Origin: an uncultured Pelagibacteraceae bacterium
Lineage (GTDB): Bacteria > Pseudomonadota > Alphaproteobacteria > Pelagibacterales > Pelagibacteraceae
Assembly: GCA_902628565.1 (NCBI GenBank)
Contig: CACONR010000002.1
Span: 13,732-77,731, forward strand
Direction of reading: 5' to 3'
Length of the DNA stretch: 64,000 nt
The translations under genes were made by a program, and so were the position numbers. Under the pieces are notes generated by a model. That model was not told the DNA's origin. It saw only the letters and a list, made by a program, of their open reading frames with translations, and ran no database searches. Within the stretch, counting starts at the first letter, position 1; every line of letters starts with the position of its first letter. Shown in pieces: positions 51,940-61,839 of this stretch.

Positions 51940-52563
51940 ATGGGAAAATATAAACTTACCTGGAAAGATCTTACCTGGAGAGATTTTAAAATATATCTAT
52001 TTGCGCTTTTCAAGGCGTTTGTTCCGAAGAAAAAAATTAAATCATTAGACGAATTGGAGGAATTTATACAATCTAAATCAGCTTGGGTATCCCAAGTTAC
52101 ATTGTATGGTTATTTAAAGACTAGAATGGGAACTAGATATGTTCTTCATTTCGAAAATGATGAATTTATGAAGTCAGTAAATCTAGCTAAGTGGAATATT
52201 TACGCAGTAGCTTTACAAGATCTTACTTTTTTCACTTTCTCTTATTTAAAAGCGGTGACACAATATGAGGACACTAATAAGGCTAAAGAAATTTTTTTTA
52301 AAATCCTTGATGATGAAATTTCAAATAAAATGCCTTTAGATATAATTGAAAATACAAAAAAAGATTTTGATGAAAGATTCGAGAAAATAAATTGGGAAAC
52401 CTATCATAATGATCTTCCATTTAATCCTAGTGCTTTATCTTTGTACAAGTGGGCTCCAATTGCAGAAGAATTAAAGACTTTAGATCGTAAAATAGTTTTG
52501 AACTCAGTAATTCTCAAATGGGGTGTTGTTAAAAAAGAATTTATAGAGAGATTGGGTTTTTAA
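51940..52563 (+). CDS. Hypothetical protein
   Basis: 207-aa ORF; [18 protein letters not shown] motif; function not recognisable. Confidence 0.7.
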   Translation: MGKYKLTWKDLTWRDFKIYLFALFKAFVPKKKIKSLDELEEFIQSKSAWVSQVTLYGYLKTRMGTRYVLHFENDEFMKSVNLAKWNIYAVALQDLTFFTFSYLKAVTQYEDTNKAKEIFFKILDDEISNKMPLDIIENTKKDFDERFEKINWETYHNDLPFNPSALSLYKWAPIAEELKTLDRKIVLNSVILKWGVVKKEFIERLGF

Positions 52564-54638
52564 ATATTTTTTCTATTGTCAACTAAACTATCAACAACAC
52601 TTGGATCAGCTAAAGTAGTAGTATCACCTAGTTGACCATGCTCATTAGCGGCAATCTTTCTAAGAATTCTTCTCATTATTTTTCCAGATCTTGTTTTTGG
52701 AAGTCCAGGGGTAAAATGAATCAAGTCAGGAGTTGCTAGTGGACCTATTTGTTTTCTAACCCATAACTTAAGTTCTCTTTCAAGATCACCTGTTTCGGTT
52801 TCACCTGCATTTAGAGTTACATAGCAATATAATCCATTTCCTTTAATGTCATGTGGATAACCAACCACAGCAGCCTCAGCAACTTTAGGATGAGCTACAA
52901 AAGCACTTTCAATTTCAGCAGTACCCAAGTTGTGTCCTGATACAATAATTACATCATCTACTCGTCCAGTGATCCAGTAATATCCATCTTTGTCTCGTCT
53001 GCACCCATCCCCAGTAAAGTATTTTCCATCAAATTGAGAAAAGTAAGTATCAATAAATCTTTGATGATCGCCATAAACAGTTCTCATTTGGCCTGGCCAA
53101 GACTGAGCTATACAAAGTCTTCCTTCTCCTGCACCTTTAATTTCTTTTCCATCTTTATCGACAAGAACAGGTTTAATTCCATAAAAAGGTTTTGTTGCTG
53201 ATCCAGGTTTTAAAGGTATAGCTCCTGTTTGAGGCGCAATTAAAATTCCGCCTGTTTCGGTTTGCCACCAGGTATCTACGATTGGACACTTTGAGTTACC
53301 AACTATTTTGTAATACCACATCCAAGCCTCTGGATTTATAGGCTCTCCGACTGTACCCAATAATTTTAAAGATTTTCGAGAAGTTTTATTTACTGGATCA
53401 TCACCCTCTCGCATAAGGGCTCTGATAGCTGTTGGAGCAGTATAAAAAGTATTAACTTTATATTTATCAACAATCTGCCACCATCTTGAGCTATCTGGAT
53501 AATTTGGTACTCCCTCAAACATTATTGTAGTAGCTCCGTTAGATAAGGGACCATAAATGATATAACTATGACCTGTTACCCAACCTATATCTGCAGTACA
53601 CCAATAAATATCTTTAGGCTTATAGTTAAATATGTATTGATGAGTCATGGAAGCATAAACCATATACCCGCCCGTTGTATGTAGTACACCTTTCGGTTTA
53701 CCTGTAGATCCAGACGTATAAAGAATAAATAAAGGATCTTCCGCATTCATTTCCTCAGGTTCACAATGACTTGGGACATCTTTAATTAGATCATGATACC
53801 AAACATCTCTGTCGTCATCCCAATAAACATAATTTCCTGTTCTTTTAACAACAATACATTTTTTAACATCAGGACAATTACTTAGGGCTTCATCGGTTGT
53901 TGCTTTCAATGGAATTGTTTTTCCACCTCTAACACCCTCATCAGCGGTGATGATGTATTCTGATTTGCAATCATTTACTCTTCCAGAAATAGACTCTGCT
54001 GAAAACCCGCCAAAAATTATAGAATGTATGGCTCCTATTCTTGCACAAGCTAACATCAAAACAGCCAGCTCGGGTATCATCGTTAAATATATTGTTACTC
54101 TGTCTCCTTTTTGTATTCCTAATTTTTTTAGACCATTAGCTGCTTTTGAAACTTTTTGATGAAGTTGTTTATAAGAAATTTTTTGAGTATCTTTGGGGTC
54201 ATCACCCACCCAAATTATAGCTGTTTTATCTTTTTTATCTTTTAAATGTCGATCAATACAATTAGCAGAGGCATTTAAAGTTCCATCTTCAAACCATTTT
54301 ATTTTAACTTCATCTTTACTATATTTGACATCTTTAATTTTTTTATATGGTTTTATCCATGTAATTCTTTTTCCTTCTTTTTTCCAAAAAGCATTATTAT
54401 TTTTGATAGAGTCGGTATATTTATTTTGATATTGAGATTTATTAATTAAACCACTTTTCACCCACTCTGGTTTTGTTTTAAAAATTAATTCTTGTGTTGA
54501 ACCTTCATTATTAATTTTAACTTTTTTATTATTAATTTTAATATTTTTTTTTCTTTTTAGAATTTTTTTTCTTTTTTTAACCTTCTTTTTTTTTGAGGCC
54601 TTTTTTCTTGATTTAGATTTTTTCTTTTTTTTAGGCAT
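52560..54638 (-). CDS. acs: Acetyl-CoA synthetase
   Basis: [36 protein letters not shown] motifs; Lys-rich N-terminal extension. Confidence 0.98.
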   Translation of the reverse strand: MPKKKKKSKSRKKASKKKKVKKRKKILKRKKNIKINNKKVKINNEGSTQELIFKTKPEWVKSGLINKSQYQNKYTDSIKNNNAFWKKEGKRITWIKPYKKIKDVKYSKDEVKIKWFEDGTLNASANCIDRHLKDKKDKTAIIWVGDDPKDTQKISYKQLHQKVSKAANGLKKLGIQKGDRVTIYLTMIPELAVLMLACARIGAIHSIIFGGFSAESISGRVNDCKSEYIITADEGVRGGKTIPLKATTDEALSNCPDVKKCIVVKRTGNYVYWDDDRDVWYHDLIKDVPSHCEPEEMNAEDPLFILYTSGSTGKPKGVLHTTGGYMVYASMTHQYIFNYKPKDIYWCTADIGWVTGHSYIIYGPLSNGATTIMFEGVPNYPDSSRWWQIVDKYKVNTFYTAPTAIRALMREGDDPVNKTSRKSLKLLGTVGEPINPEAWMWYYKIVGNSKCPIVDTWWQTETGGILIAPQTGAIPLKPGSATKPFYGIKPVLVDKDGKEIKGAGEGRLCIAQSWPGQMRTVYGDHQRFIDTYFSQFDGKYFTGDGCRRDKDGYYWITGRVDDVIIVSGHNLGTAEIESAFVAHPKVAEAAVVGYPHDIKGNGLYCYVTLNAGETETGDLERELKLWVRKQIGPLATPDLIHFTPGLPKTRSGKIMRRILRKIAANEHGQLGDTTTLADPSVVDSLVDNRKNI

Positions 54639-54649
54639 AAATATTATTT

Positions 54650-55063
54650 CTAAATCTTACCCATGTTATTTAAAATTTTCCAGCTTTTAGAATCTATTGG
54701 CATTACAGATAGTCTGCTTTGTCTAATCAGTGATAAATGGCTTAATTGCTTGTTTTTCTTAATATCCTCGAGACTTACTGACTTATTTAATTTTTTTAGA
54801 AACTTCACTGTTACAGCAACAAATCGACCAGATTTATCTGTCTTGTCTAAATATGCTTCTTTGATAACTTCAACAATACCAACAATTTCTTTTCCAATGT
54901 TTGAATGATAGAAAAAACATTGATCTCCCTTTTTCATTGATTTTAAATTTTTGGCAGCTTGATAATTTCTTACTCCATCCCATGGAGCTCCTTTAAAGCC
55001 AGCTTTCTTTTGTTGATCAATTGACCATACGTCTGGCTCTGATTTAAGTAACCAATATTGCAT
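54650..55063 (-). CDS. EVE domain protein
   Basis: [28 protein letters not shown] motifs. Confidence 0.95.
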   Translation of the reverse strand: MQYWLLKSEPDVWSIDQQKKAGFKGAPWDGVRNYQAAKNLKSMKKGDQCFFYHSNIGKEIVGIVEVIKEAYLDKTDKSGRFVAVTVKFLKKLNKSVSLEDIKKNKQLSHLSLIRQSRLSVMPIDSKSWKILNNMGKI

Positions 55064-56136
55064 TAAAGTTTAACTCCAGCACCTTTTAAAAATAATGCTT
55101 TTTCATCTAAAGGCCACCTCGGTTTTGCTGGGTGATCTAATTTATTAAATTGTTTTAATTTGTATTTTTCTAAACCTACCATTGCTATCATTGCAGCGTT
55201 ATCCCCACATATTTCTATTGGTGGAAAAATACCTTTATAATCATTTTCTTTACATAAATTTAGTAGCATTGTTCTTATCTTTTTATTAGCAGCAACACCC
55301 CCAGCAACAACAAAAGTTTTTTCTTTTAGATAATTTTCTTTTTCAAATTCACTAAAAGCAACTTGTGTTTTTTTTTTTAATATTTCTTCGATTGTTTTTT
55401 GAAAAGAAGCTGCCAAATTAAATTTATCTTGCTCTGTTTTAATTGTTTTACTTATCTTAAGGATTGCAGTCTTAAGACCAGCAAATGACAAATTACAACC
55501 ACCCTTATTGAAAATAGGTTTAGGCAAATCATAAGAATCTGGATCACCTTTTTCTGCCATAAGCTCGATTTGGGGCCCTCCAGGAAATTCTATTCCTAAA
55601 AGTTTTGCAGTTTTATCAAAAGCCTCACCTAGTGCATCGTCAATCGTTGTTCCTAGCCTTTTATATTTTCCAAGACTTTGAACGTTTAAATATTGTGAAT
55701 GGCCACCTGAAATTAATAGTAAGAGGTAAGGATAACTTAAGTTTGAAAATAATTTTGGGCTCAATGCATGTCCTTCTAAATGATTTACAGCTATAAATGG
55801 CTTATTTATTGAAGAGGCAAAAGCTTTTCCAAAACTTAAACCTACTGATAAACAAACGATTAGACCAGGACCTGCAGTCGAAGCTACCGCATCAATTTCT
55901 TTAATTTTTATTCCACTATCATCCAAAGCTTTTTTCACGATTAAATCTATTTTTTCGATATGAGATCTGGCTGCCAACTCTGGAACTACACCTCCAAATT
56001 CTTTGTGGACATCAGTTTGGCTAGAAACAATGTTTGATAAAATTATCGGTTTCCCTTGGTCATTCTCAGTTATTACTGAGGCAGCTGTTTCATCACAACT
56101 AGTTTCAATTCCAAGAATTAAGGGTTTTTTACTCAT
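55063..56136 (-). CDS. tsaD: tRNA N6-adenosine threonylcarbamoyltransferase
   Basis: GIETSCDET, GGVVPE, HLEGH, SGGH, GEAFDK, DNAAMI motifs. Confidence 0.98.
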   Translation of the reverse strand: MSKKPLILGIETSCDETAASVITENDQGKPIILSNIVSSQTDVHKEFGGVVPELAARSHIEKIDLIVKKALDDSGIKIKEIDAVASTAGPGLIVCLSVGLSFGKAFASSINKPFIAVNHLEGHALSPKLFSNLSYPYLLLLISGGHSQYLNVQSLGKYKRLGTTIDDALGEAFDKTAKLLGIEFPGGPQIELMAEKGDPDSYDLPKPIFNKGGCNLSFAGLKTAILKISKTIKTEQDKFNLAASFQKTIEEILKKKTQVAFSEFEKENYLKEKTFVVAGGVAANKKIRTMLLNLCKENDYKGIFPPIEICGDNAAMIAMVGLEKYKLKQFNKLDHPAKPRWPLDEKALFLKGAGVKL

Positions 56137-56192
56137 ACAAATAGTTTTTAATAATTGTACATTTCCAATACAAGAAAGAAATAAATTTATTT

Positions 56193-57110
56193 ATGACTAA
56201 AAAAATTATTATTGGTTCAAGAGGTAGTAAATTAGCATTGCTGTATGCTCAAAAAGCTAAAGAACAAATAGTTAAAAAAACTACTTTAGATACAAATGAT
56301 ATAGAAATTAAATCTATAACAACAAAAGGTGATCAGGTTCAAAATACTAGATTGTCTGATATAGGTGGCAAAGGACTATTCTCGACCGAAATTGAAAAAG
56401 AGTTAGAGAATAAAACTATCGATATTGCAGTTCACGCATTAAAAGATATGCCAGTAATAGAAACTAGTGGTCTTAAAACAGACTCTTTTTTAAAGAGAAA
56501 CGACCCGAGAGAAATTTTGATAACCAATGATAAAAAAAAATTTAATGATCTTAAGTTGAAATCAATTGTAGGAACATCTTCATTTAGAAGAGAATTTCAA
56601 ATTAAGAAATTAAGATCTGATCTAACATGTAAAATAATTAGAGGAAATGTGGATACACGAATTAAAAAATTAAAAGATGGAAATTATGATGCAATAATTT
56701 TGTCTTATGCAGGGATAAAAAATTTAAATCTTGAAAATGAAATAGCAGAAATTTTTTCAGCACAAGAAATTATACCAAGCGCCGGACAAGGCATAATCGC
56801 ACTCCAATGCCGTGAAAAAGATAAAGAAGTTATTTCAATTTTAAAAAAAGTAAATCATGAAGAAACTTATAAAAGAGCTCATGCAGAGAGAAACGTTCTT
56901 AAAGTTTTGGAAGGGGATTGTGAAACTGCAATAGGTGTTTATTCAAAAATAAAGGGAGAGACAATTGTAGTTGAGGCAGAACTTTTTTCACTAGACGGCT
57001 CCCAAAGATTTTATGAAAAGAAATCTGACAGGATTGATAAATTCAAAGAAATTGGTAGACAAATAGGACAAAATTTAAAAATTAAATCAAATAATTCTTA
57101 CAAAAAATGA
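56193..57110 (+). CDS. hemC: Hydroxymethylbilane synthase
   Basis: GSRGSKLA, GGKGLF, AVHALKD, GTSS.RR, RGNVDTR, LEGDC motifs. Confidence 0.97.
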   Translation: MTKKIIIGSRGSKLALLYAQKAKEQIVKKTTLDTNDIEIKSITTKGDQVQNTRLSDIGGKGLFSTEIEKELENKTIDIAVHALKDMPVIETSGLKTDSFLKRNDPREILITNDKKKFNDLKLKSIVGTSSFRREFQIKKLRSDLTCKIIRGNVDTRIKKLKDGNYDAIILSYAGIKNLNLENEIAEIFSAQEIIPSAGQGIIALQCREKDKEVISILKKVNHEETYKRAHAERNVLKVLEGDCETAIGVYSKIKGETIVVEAELFSLDGSQRFYEKKSDRIDKFKEIGRQIGQNLKIKSNNSYKK

Positions 57111-57111
57111 T

Positions 57112-57810
57112 ATGCATATTTTATTAACAAGACCACTAGAGGATTGTTCAGAGATGATTTTAAAATTTAAATCATTAGGTCATCAAGTTTCTCACATTCC
57201 ACTGATTAATATTGAAAAGGTTAATTATGAGGAAATTAAATTTTCTGACTATGGGGGAATTATTTTTACCAGTGCAAATGCTGTGAAATATTTAGATCAA
57301 AACAATATAGATAAAAAGATAAAATGTTTTTGTGTTGGTAACTTTACTGAAAAAAAGGCTAGATCTTTAGGATTCCAAAATACAATTGCCGCGGAGGGTA
57401 ATGTCTCTAATTTAAAAGAGTTAATTTTGCAATCTTACGAGACAAAAAGTAAAAATTTACTTTATATCAGCGGAGAAATTATATCTGTTGATCTAGATCA
57501 ACAACTAATGAAAGAGGGTTATGGAATAAAAAGGGTGATTAATTACAGGGTAAAACATAATCAAAAATTCAATGAAAGTTTCGTAAAAGATTTAAAATTG
57601 AATATGCCTGATATGGTTTATATTTACTCACAGAACAGTGCTCAAAGTTTTTTGAGTTTTGTTAAAAATTATCAATTTGAAAGCTTATGGATGAATACAA
57701 ATTTGTCATGTATTGGTGAGAAAACTTCATCTATATTGAATGAAATTAAATGGAAAAAAATATTTCTTTTTAATCCTGGAGAAGAAGAGTTTTTGTTATA
57801 TAAAATTTAA
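57112..57810 (+). CDS. hemD: Uroporphyrinogen-III synthase
   Basis: ILLTRP, IFTSANAV, CVG..T, YS motifs; follows hemC. Confidence 0.9.
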   Translation: MHILLTRPLEDCSEMILKFKSLGHQVSHIPLINIEKVNYEEIKFSDYGGIIFTSANAVKYLDQNNIDKKIKCFCVGNFTEKKARSLGFQNTIAAEGNVSNLKELILQSYETKSKNLLYISGEIISVDLDQQLMKEGYGIKRVINYRVKHNQKFNESFVKDLKLNMPDMVYIYSQNSAQSFLSFVKNYQFESLWMNTNLSCIGEKTSSILNEIKWKKIFLFNPGEEEFLLYKI

Positions 57811-57812
57811 CT

Positions 57813-58898
57813 ATGGAATTATTTAATAATTTTTCTGAAATATTTTTATCAGTATGGAACAAAGGTATTTTGGGTGTTGATATTTTTCAAATATTAATTG
57901 GACTTGGAATTTTTTTAATATTTTTAATCTTTAGGGGTTTGATTAGTAAACTTGTTATCAAAAAATTAGAAATTATCTCAAAAAGAACAACAAATAAGTT
58001 GGATGACACTTTTGTAAAATCTTTAGTTGGTCCTGCACGATTTTTACCAATTGTTTTAGGTTTTTTTATAGCAAGTTACTACATGACGTTTTCAATGGAA
58101 GGTAGAGAAATTGTCGATACTATAAATAGAACTCTAATAACCATATTAATTTTTTGGGTTATTCATCAGATTATAGAACCAGTCTCATATATCTTAAGTG
58201 GTCTTGATAAACTATTAACAAGAGAACTCATCGGATGGATTATTAAATCTTTAAAGATTTTGATATTCATATTAGGGCTTGCAGCAGTCTTAGAATTATG
58301 GGGAATAAAGATTGGACCAATTATTGCAGGTTTAGGATTGTTTGGAGTAGCAGTTGCATTGGGTGCACAAGATTTGTTTAAAAATTTAATCTCTGGAATT
58401 TTGGTATTAGTTGAAAAAAGATTTAAAATTGGTGATTGGATTTTAGTTGATGGAATAATTGAGGGTATTGTTGAAAAAATTGGTTTTCGATCAACAACAA
58501 TCAGAAAATTTGATAAATCATTAGCAATAATTCCAAATTTCCAATTTGCAGAAAATGCTGTAGTAAATGTGAGTGAAACTTCAAACTGGTTAATTAGTTG
58601 GATTATTACTCTCCAATATGACACCTCAGTCGATCAATTAAAAAATATTAGAGATCAAATTGAAGATTATATAAAAAAAAGTGACGATTTTGACACCAAT
58701 ATAGGAATTGCAGTTAGGGTCGATAAGTTTTCAGATAGTTCTATAGACATGTATGTGCGTTGTTTCACAAAATCAGATAGTTGGAACGAGTGGCTTTCAG
58801 TAAAAGAGAAACTTGCAATTGCAATAAAACAAATTGTTGAAAACAACAAGGCCTCTTTCGCATTTCCGAGTTCTTCGATTTATATTGAAAAAAAATGA
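57813..58898 (+). CDS. Small-conductance mechanosensitive channel (MscS family)
   Basis: AGLGLFGVAVALGAQD, FKIGDWI, IGFRST, IPN, FAFPS motifs. Confidence 0.93.
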   Translation: MELFNNFSEIFLSVWNKGILGVDIFQILIGLGIFLIFLIFRGLISKLVIKKLEIISKRTTNKLDDTFVKSLVGPARFLPIVLGFFIASYYMTFSMEGREIVDTINRTLITILIFWVIHQIIEPVSYILSGLDKLLTRELIGWIIKSLKILIFILGLAAVLELWGIKIGPIIAGLGLFGVAVALGAQDLFKNLISGILVLVEKRFKIGDWILVDGIIEGIVEKIGFRSTTIRKFDKSLAIIPNFQFAENAVVNVSETSNWLISWIITLQYDTSVDQLKNIRDQIEDYIKKSDDFDTNIGIAVRVDKFSDSSIDMYVRCFTKSDSWNEWLSVKEKLAIAIKQIVENNKASFAFPSSSIYIEKK

Positions 58899-59185
58899 TT
58901 GCTATCTTTTATTTGGTTTTACAATTATTAAAACTTTATTCGTATGTAGTGATTGCCAATGTTATTATCAGCTGGTTAATCGCTTTTAATGTATTAAACA
59001 CTCAAAATAGATTTGTTTATGCAGTTTTAGATTTTACCTACAGATTAACAGAACCATTTTTAAGAAGAATAAGACGATTTTTACCAAATTTGGGTGCATT
59101 AGATATTTCTCCAATTATTTTACTGCTATTGATTTGGTTCATAGAAATGTGTATGAAGCTCTACATCGCACCAATGATATTCTAA
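58895..59185 (+). CDS. yggT: YggT family membrane protein
   Basis: SWL, LTEPFL..IRRFLP, LDISP motifs. Confidence 0.93.
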   Translation: MIAIFYLVLQLLKLYSYVVIANVIISWLIAFNVLNTQNRFVYAVLDFTYRLTEPFLRRIRRFLPNLGALDISPIILLLLIWFIEMCMKLYIAPMIF

Positions 59186-59190
59186 GATTT

Positions 59191-60036
59191 ATGATTTTAA
59201 TTGATGGAAAAAAAGAAGCAGCATTATTAAGAGAACAGCTTAAAAAAGAGGTATCTGATCTTAAAAATAAGTATAATAAAGCTCCAGGTTTAACAGTAAT
59301 TCTGATTGGGGATTTAACCCCTAGTCAGATTTATGTTCGAAACAAAGAAAAATCTGCTACCGAAGTTGGACTTAAATCTGATGTGATTAAATATCCAGAT
59401 AGCGTTGAAGAAAAAGTTATTTTAGAGAAGATAGATGAACTAAATAAAGATAATTCTGTGTCAGGTATTTTAGTTCAACTACCATTACCAAAACATATTG
59501 ATAAACAAAAAATTATTGAAGCGATTGATCCATCAAAAGATGTAGATGGATTTCATCCAATGAATGTTGGAAATCTTTCATCAGGATATGAGAGTTCCGT
59601 TCCATGTACACCATTAGGATGTTATTTGTTAATCAAAAAGATAGAACCTAACTTAAATGGTAAAAAAGCAGTTGTAGTTGGTCGATCCAACTTAAATGGT
59701 AAACCCATGACTCAACTTTTACTAAAAGAAAATTGTACTGTTACAATAACACATTCTAAAACAAAAGATTTAAAAGCAGAGTGTCTAGAAGCTGATATTA
59801 TTATTGCAGCTGTTGGTATTCCTGAGCTAGTAAAAGGTGATTGGGTTAAAAAAGATACAATAGTGATCGATGTTGGAATTAATAAAACTGAAAAAGGTAT
59901 TGTTGGCGATGTTGCATTTGATGAAGTTTCAAAAAATGCCAAAGCACTCACGCCTGTTCCAGGCGGAGTTGGTCCAATGACAATCGCATGCTTGCTAAAA
60001 AATACGATCGACTGTTTCAAAAGATCGCAAGCATAA
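59191..60036 (+). CDS. folD: Methylenetetrahydrofolate dehydrogenase/cyclohydrolase
   Basis: IDGK, YVRNK, VQLPLP, KDVDGFH, PCTP, PVPGGVGPMT motifs; ATG at 59191. Confidence 0.98.
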   Translation: MILIDGKKEAALLREQLKKEVSDLKNKYNKAPGLTVILIGDLTPSQIYVRNKEKSATEVGLKSDVIKYPDSVEEKVILEKIDELNKDNSVSGILVQLPLPKHIDKQKIIEAIDPSKDVDGFHPMNVGNLSSGYESSVPCTPLGCYLLIKKIEPNLNGKKAVVVGRSNLNGKPMTQLLLKENCTVTITHSKTKDLKAECLEADIIIAAVGIPELVKGDWVKKDTIVIDVGINKTEKGIVGDVAFDEVSKNAKALTPVPGGVGPMTIACLLKNTIDCFKRSQA

Positions 60037-60073
60037 TATTTAATTCAATAAATTTTTTTTGATAAGATAGGTT

Positions 60074-60277
60074 ATGAAAAAACCTAAATACCCGTATAGA
60101 ATTGCAATTCTTATGCTAATACTGACAGTTCCGCCAATTGGCGCGACACAATTAGGCTGGTATTTATATGATAAACAAACTGGATTTGATTATGGTATGA
60201 TAGTTGGAACATTTTCAGTAGTTTATGCTGCATGGTTGATGTATGAAAAAAATTGGCGAGAAGATGATGAGGATTAA
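60074..60277 (+). CDS. Small hypothetical membrane protein
   Basis: 67 aa; two hydrophobic segments, basic N-terminus, acidic tail. Confidence 0.65.
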   Translation: MKKPKYPYRIAILMLILTVPPIGATQLGWYLYDKQTGFDYGMIVGTFSVVYAAWLMYEKNWREDDED

Positions 60278-60280
60278 ATT

Positions 60281-60547
60281 GTGGAAAAAATAATTTTTTT
60301 TGGATTAGCGATACCAATTTTAGCATTTGTCCTTTACTTGGGTGGAACAGCTATCATGAAAGGCTTTGAGGCTAAAAGAGAAAATAAATCCAATGAGAGC
60401 TTAGAAGATCAGGACTATGAAGACAACTTATCTGATAATAATGATAAGTTAACAGATGAATTGGATAAATTAAATCAACTCCTTAAAGATGGTGTTTTAA
60501 CTGAAGAAGAATTTAAAAAGGCTAAAAAGAAAATCCTAGATAATTAA
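60281..60547 (+). CDS. Membrane-anchored SHOCT domain protein
   Basis: N-terminal TM; ELDKLNQLLKDGVLTEEEFKKAKKKIL C-terminus. Confidence 0.85.
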   Translation: MEKIIFFGLAIPILAFVLYLGGTAIMKGFEAKRENKSNESLEDQDYEDNLSDNNDKLTDELDKLNQLLKDGVLTEEEFKKAKKKILDN

Positions 60548-60563
60548 ATATAATTTATTTTTT

Positions 60564-61175
60564 TTAATTGTGAGATTTTATAATTATATTTTCTAACGTT
60601 CTACTAATTATTTTTGTGCCCTTTTCATTTGGATGTATACCATCACTTAGATTAAACTCAGGTTTCATAGCCACTCCTTCAAGTAAAAAAGGAATAAGTT
60701 CTATTTTAAATTTTTTTGCTAAATCAGGAAAAATTTTATCAAATTTTTTTTTATAAGTGAAACCATGTGAGGTTGGTGCAATCATTCCGGCAAGAATAAT
60801 TTCAATATTTTTATCTTGTGCAATTTTAATAATTTTTTCTAAATTACTTTTAGTTTCTTTTGGCTGGATGCCTCTTAACATGTCATTGGCGCCTAAGCAC
60901 AAAATTATTAGATCTATATCTGGCTCTGTTAAAGTCCAATCAGCTCTATTTAATCCTCCTGACGATGTACTACCAGAAACACTGCCATCAACAATCTCAA
61001 TATTGTAACCTTTTGCTTCTAAATTCTCTTCTAAAACCACTGGTAAACTATTGTCATCAGATAAACCATAACCAGCCATTAAACTATCACCAAATAATAC
61101 AATTTTTTCGATTGCATATACATTAATGGTTAGTAGACAGATAATAATAATTTTAATAATAAAACTTTTGCTCAT
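60564..61175 (-). CDS. SGNH/GDSL arylesterase (TesA-like)
   Basis: Signal peptide; FGDSLMAGYG, SG.TS, LGAND, DGIHPN motifs; ATG at 61175. Confidence 0.93.
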   Translation of the reverse strand: MSKSFIIKIIIICLLTINVYAIEKIVLFGDSLMAGYGLSDDNSLPVVLEENLEAKGYNIEIVDGSVSGSTSSGGLNRADWTLTEPDIDLIILCLGANDMLRGIQPKETKSNLEKIIKIAQDKNIEIILAGMIAPTSHGFTYKKKFDKIFPDLAKKFKIELIPFLLEGVAMKPEFNLSDGIHPNEKGTKIISRTLENIIIKSHN

Positions 61176-61839
61176 GAGTACTCTTCTTAAATTAAAAAAA
61201 ATAAATCTTAAATACCAAACTGGTAAAGATAATATCAGTGTTTTAAAAGATATAAATTTGACCACAAAAAAAAAAGAAACTATTTCAATAGTAGGTGAAA
61301 GTGGTTCAGGAAAAACAAGTTTAATCATGTTAATTGGCGGTTTAGAGCGTCCAACTTCAGGCAAGATATACTTTCAAGACCATGAAATTACAAAATTGAG
61401 TGAGGACGAAGTATCAAAAATTAGAAAAAAAAATATTGGTATAATTTTTCAGTCTTTTTATTTAATTCCAAATTATACAGCCCTAGAAAATGTAACCTTA
61501 ATTCTTGAATTGAATAAATTCAAAAATCCTGAGAAAGAAGGAAAATCTCTTTTAGACAGATTTGGCTTAAAACATCGACTAAATAATTTACCCAGTCAGT
61601 TATCTGGAGGAGAACAACAGCGTGTCGCTATCGCGAGAGCTATTGCTATGAAGCCAGAGCTAATTCTAGCTGATGAACCTACAGGAAATTTAGATACAGA
61701 AAATTCCGATATGATTTCTAAAATTTTATTCAGATATGTTAAAGAGGAAGGCTCCGCATTAATTATGGTTACACACGACCTAAAACTTGCCAATCAGGCA
61801 ACCAGAAAAATTAAAATTAAAGATGGAAAAATTAAATAA
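61174..61839 (+). CDS. ABC transporter ATP-binding protein (YbbA-like)
   Basis: GESGSGKT, LSGGEQQR, ADEPTGNLD, VTHD motifs; ATG at 61174. Confidence 0.95.
   Translation: MSTLLKLKKINLKYQTGKDNISVLKDINLTTKKKETISIVGESGSGKTSLIMLIGGLERPTSGKIYFQDHEITKLSEDEVSKIRKKNIGIIFQSFYLIPNYTALENVTLILELNKFKNPEKEGKSLLDRFGLKHRLNNLPSQLSGGEQQRVAIARAIAMKPELILADEPTGNLDTENSDMISKILFRYVKEEGSALIMVTHDLKLANQATRKIKIKDGKIK

Noticed and set aside
60564-61364. Extended 266-aa version of the arylesterase and 237-aa version of the ABC ATPase
   Set aside because: The extensions are antisense to each other's conserved coding regions; the signal peptide and Walker A positions support starts at 61175 and 61174
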